Shown here piece after piece: positions 63,418 to 64,000 of a DNA stretch of 64,000 nucleotides (positions are counted from its first letter, which is position 1; every line of letters starts with the position of its first letter). This DNA is from Heterodontus francisci. Lineage: Eukaryota. Below the pieces are notes generated by a model. It saw only the letters and a program-made list of their open reading frames with translations. It had not been told where the DNA came from and did no database searches. Position numbers and translations under genes: made by a program. The DNA lies in NCBI RefSeq assembly GCF_036365525.1, contig NC_090382.1, forward strand, positions 109,774,372 to 109,838,371, given 5' to 3'.

Positions 63418-63423
63418 AATAAA
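63418..63423 (+). terminator. Probable zmat2 polyadenylation signal
   Basis: AATAAA ~130 nt after the stop codon. Confidence 0.55.
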
Positions 63424-63649
63424 GGATTCTTCTGTTATGAAAAGTTACATGTACCCCTTTCTCAAACATTTTCGTGGAAAAGTTTCAGATGTGTTCAGAA
63501 GGTTGTATGGCTTTTGGCTTCAGAAGGAGGAAGCCATTCAGTCCTTCGAGCTTGATTCAGTTAGATCATGGCTGATCTTTATTTTGGTTTTCTTTTGTTA
63601 AAAGTGCTGCCCCTTTGGGCTCTCTGAACAGGTAACCTACAGGCAAAGA

Positions 63650-63940
63650 ATGGCCCTAGTATGGTTCCTGATATGTACCAATGTGGATCAGCAGCCAGGA
63701 CAACATTGGGGTGCAACAATTGGGCTCAGCACCGCTTGGGATAAGGAAGGGGAAATCGGTCAGGGTTCACACTGATTGTTTTGTAGTATCTTTGCAGAAA
63801 GTATGGTAGTGTCTGTAGCCTCTTGTGGCTGACTGTATGCTGACTCATGAGAAATGGCCATTTTGGTAAAGTGTTGGAGGGCTCCTGACCTTCATGGCAC
63901 AATACCCTGGTACAGAAACCAGCAACTCTGGAACGGTGAA
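63650..63940 (+). mobile_element. Ancient SINE remnant (tentatively AmnSINE2/Nin-domain-like)
   Basis: GGGGTGCAACAATTGGGCTCAGCACC...GGGGAAATCGGTCAGGGTTC. Related pieces at ~48560-48760, ~55790-55880 (-) and ~60030-60200. Family assignment is from memory only. Confidence 0.35.
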
Positions 63941-64000
63941 AAAATACTAATAATTTGTTTTTATTAAATTCCCTCCCTTTCTGATCCAGGTGAAAAGTAT

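Overview
Vertebrate genomic DNA, most likely a cartilaginous fish (shark). The repeats look like HE1 SINE/HER1 CR1, DeuSINE, Penelope, Gypsy and RTE families, recognised from memory rather than by database search. There are two host genes on the + strand: the last two coding exons and 3'UTR of a dead-end (dnd1)-like RRM/dsRBD gene, and the complete six-exon zmat2 CDS (199 aa, all GT-AG introns). Most of the remaining sequence is nested retroelements. The most notable finding is about 1 kb upstream of zmat2: the 5' ~49 nt of a vault RNA fused to a full HE1 SINE, all inside one 10-bp target-site duplication. It is a vault RNA-SINE chimeric retrocopy or a candidate vault-headed SINE. Other highlights are Penelope minimal hammerhead motifs (one fused to a tRNA-like head), a twin-primed 5'-inverted RTE insertion, an L2 tail forming the zmat2 last-exon splice acceptor, and a 3-kb G-skewed minisatellite just inside zmat2 intron 1. 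Boundaries of old TE fragments are approximate.
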